A DNA stretch of 64,000 nt from a virus (Duplodnaviria; Caudoviricetes). The first letter of the stretch is position 1; every line of letters begins with the position of its first letter. The stretch is taken from IMG/VR virus record IMGVR_UViG_3300032295_001098, positions 1 to 64,000 of that record. One strand, given 5' to 3'. Below the pieces are notes generated by a model. It had not been told where the DNA came from, searched no databases, and saw nothing but the letters and a program-made list of their open reading frames with translations. Both the position numbers and the translations under genes were made by a program. Shown one piece after another: positions 62,719 to 64,000 of the stretch.

Positions 62719-62963
62719 GACGGGATTCTAAGTTGAGTACCCACTGGTATTTCATTAGGGAACTTAACCTGAGGGTTAAGATTAGCAATACGCCAATATT
62801 GACGTGGGTCACGATAAATACGAGTAGCAATTGTATCTAATGTATCTCCCGCCTTAGACACATATGAAGTGTATCGCTCAGATGATATTGGTTTAGTTAC
62901 AGCAATGAGTACGGAAGTTGTTGGATCTTTATAAGTGGTGTAGCGAGATGAAGAATCAAGCAT
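62715..62963 (-). CDS. LysM / tail X-like baseplate protein
   Basis: GDTLDTIA..YRDPRQYWRIANLNP..GTQLRIP. Confidence 0.8.
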   Translation of the reverse strand: MLDSSSRYTTYKDPTTSVLIAVTKPISSERYTSYVSKAGDTLDTIATRIYRDPRQYWRIANLNPQVKFPNEIPVGTQLRIPS

Positions 62964-64000
62964 TGTTTCTTTCCTTTGCTATTAAATCATCATTCAAAAT
63001 TGCTGTTTGTAGATCCTTAGAGATATACCAAGTTTCATTAAAAGTAACAGTTTTATTTGCTTTTGCTATTTGGTTAGCATCTACATCTCCCCCAGAAGCA
63101 CCACTAAGATGATAAAGAATTTTAATGTCTATTTCATACTTAGCATTTGATGCTCTATCCAATAATTTACCAGGATCGGGTGTTGGGTTTGTTATGTTAT
63201 ATGTAACCGCATTTCGTCCATTTTTAATTTTAGACATATCAAAATCTGCATTAATGCTATCTCGGTGTACTACTTCATTTAATGTGTACCCGCCAGAAGG
63301 AGAGCCACTTGTCTTTCCTTTATAAGTAACAGTAAATTGTAAAGTGGAACTTACTGTTCCAAGATTACCTTTAGCAAAGTTCTTAAAGTTCTCAGTAGGT
63401 AAAAATATGATTTCTAAAGCAGACACCCCATCACCATCAATATCAAAAATACGATCAGGGTTTAACTTGTTTTTATCTATGTTGGTAATTAAAAAATCGC
63501 TAAATAAGTTATTACCATAACCCTTTAGTGCTTTGTTTTGAGCAACATCTCCTGCTACTGCTGTTATTCTTTCTTTTTCTTGGTCTTTAAACAACTGTGT
63601 TAAGTATGTGTCCTTATTAGCAAAGCCAATGTACATTGCTTGCATTTGTACATCAATCTGGCACTGCGTAGGGACCATTGATGCATTAAATTTATTAAAC
63701 ATAACTGTTGTGCTGGTAACAAAGCCTTCAACCATAAAACTTGAAGAGAATACTACACGTATTGGTTGTGCAACTAAAAATGCTGAGTTACCAATATTTG
63801 TTCCTAAGAACGTTGTTGCTTTGTTAAAGTCCACTTTAATTTCTTGGTCCGCTTGGTCTTTAGTTCCAGCATCCTCTGATACACCCCTGTTGTAAGCAAC
63901 CGTGGCTTCCTCTGCTTTTTTAATAATACTTTGAATGAGGTCTTTGTTCATACCTTGACCAATGATCTGATCAAAAACCATGAGGTCAGCCAGCACTCCA
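62956..64000 (-). CDS. tail tube initiator-like protein (probably 5'-truncated)
   Basis: RVVFS..VEGFVTS..F...MVP..C; position upstream of the LysM gene. Confidence 0.5.
   Translation of the reverse strand, partial: GVLADLMVFDQIIGQGMNKDLIQSIIKKAEEATVAYNRGVSEDAGTKDQADQEIKVDFNKATTFLGTNIGNSAFLVAQPIRVVFSSSFMVEGFVTSTTVMFNKFNASMVPTQCQIDVQMQAMYIGFANKDTYLTQLFKDQEKERITAVAGDVAQNKALKGYGNNLFSDFLITNIDKNKLNPDRIFDIDGDGVSALEIIFLPTENFKNFAKGNLGTVSSTLQFTVTYKGKTSGSPSGGYTLNEVVHRDSINADFDMSKIKNGRNAVTYNITNPTPDPGKLLDRASNAKYEIDIKILYHLSGASGGDVDANQIAKANKTVTFNETWYISKDLQTAILNDDLIAKERNNA

Overview
A 64-kb segment of a large contractile-tailed (myovirus-like) bacteriophage, most likely infecting Actinobacteria (two WhiB genes, DUF2786/HEXXH pair, leaderless TANNNT promoters). 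Layout: tail fibre/appendage genes (1-8.5 kb, minus); a Thr-rich surface protein and modification enzymes (8.5-13 kb); a cassette of small ParB/Srx, ADP-ribosyltransferase-like and GNAT proteins sharing a short 'M-A/P-A-H-E-H-L-S/N-x-x-Q-F/L' tag (13.8-19.2 kb); a ~1-kb non-coding strand-switch region with clustered DnaA-, LexA- and CRP-like boxes (19.2-20.1 kb); a plus-strand putative early region (20.2-31.4 kb) in which nearly every intergenic gap up to 27.7 kb holds one of two repeated, covarying structured-RNA elements (4 T-loop elements, 7 triple-hairpin elements); middle/replication genes (RecA, PolA, SSB, SNF2, primase, DnaB, DnaC-like, iteron-containing initiator; 31.4-56 kb); a candidate anti-Shine-Dalgarno sRNA (~56.03-56.12 kb); and baseplate genes (57.6-64 kb). 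All calls come from reading motifs by eye; no database search or folding program was run.
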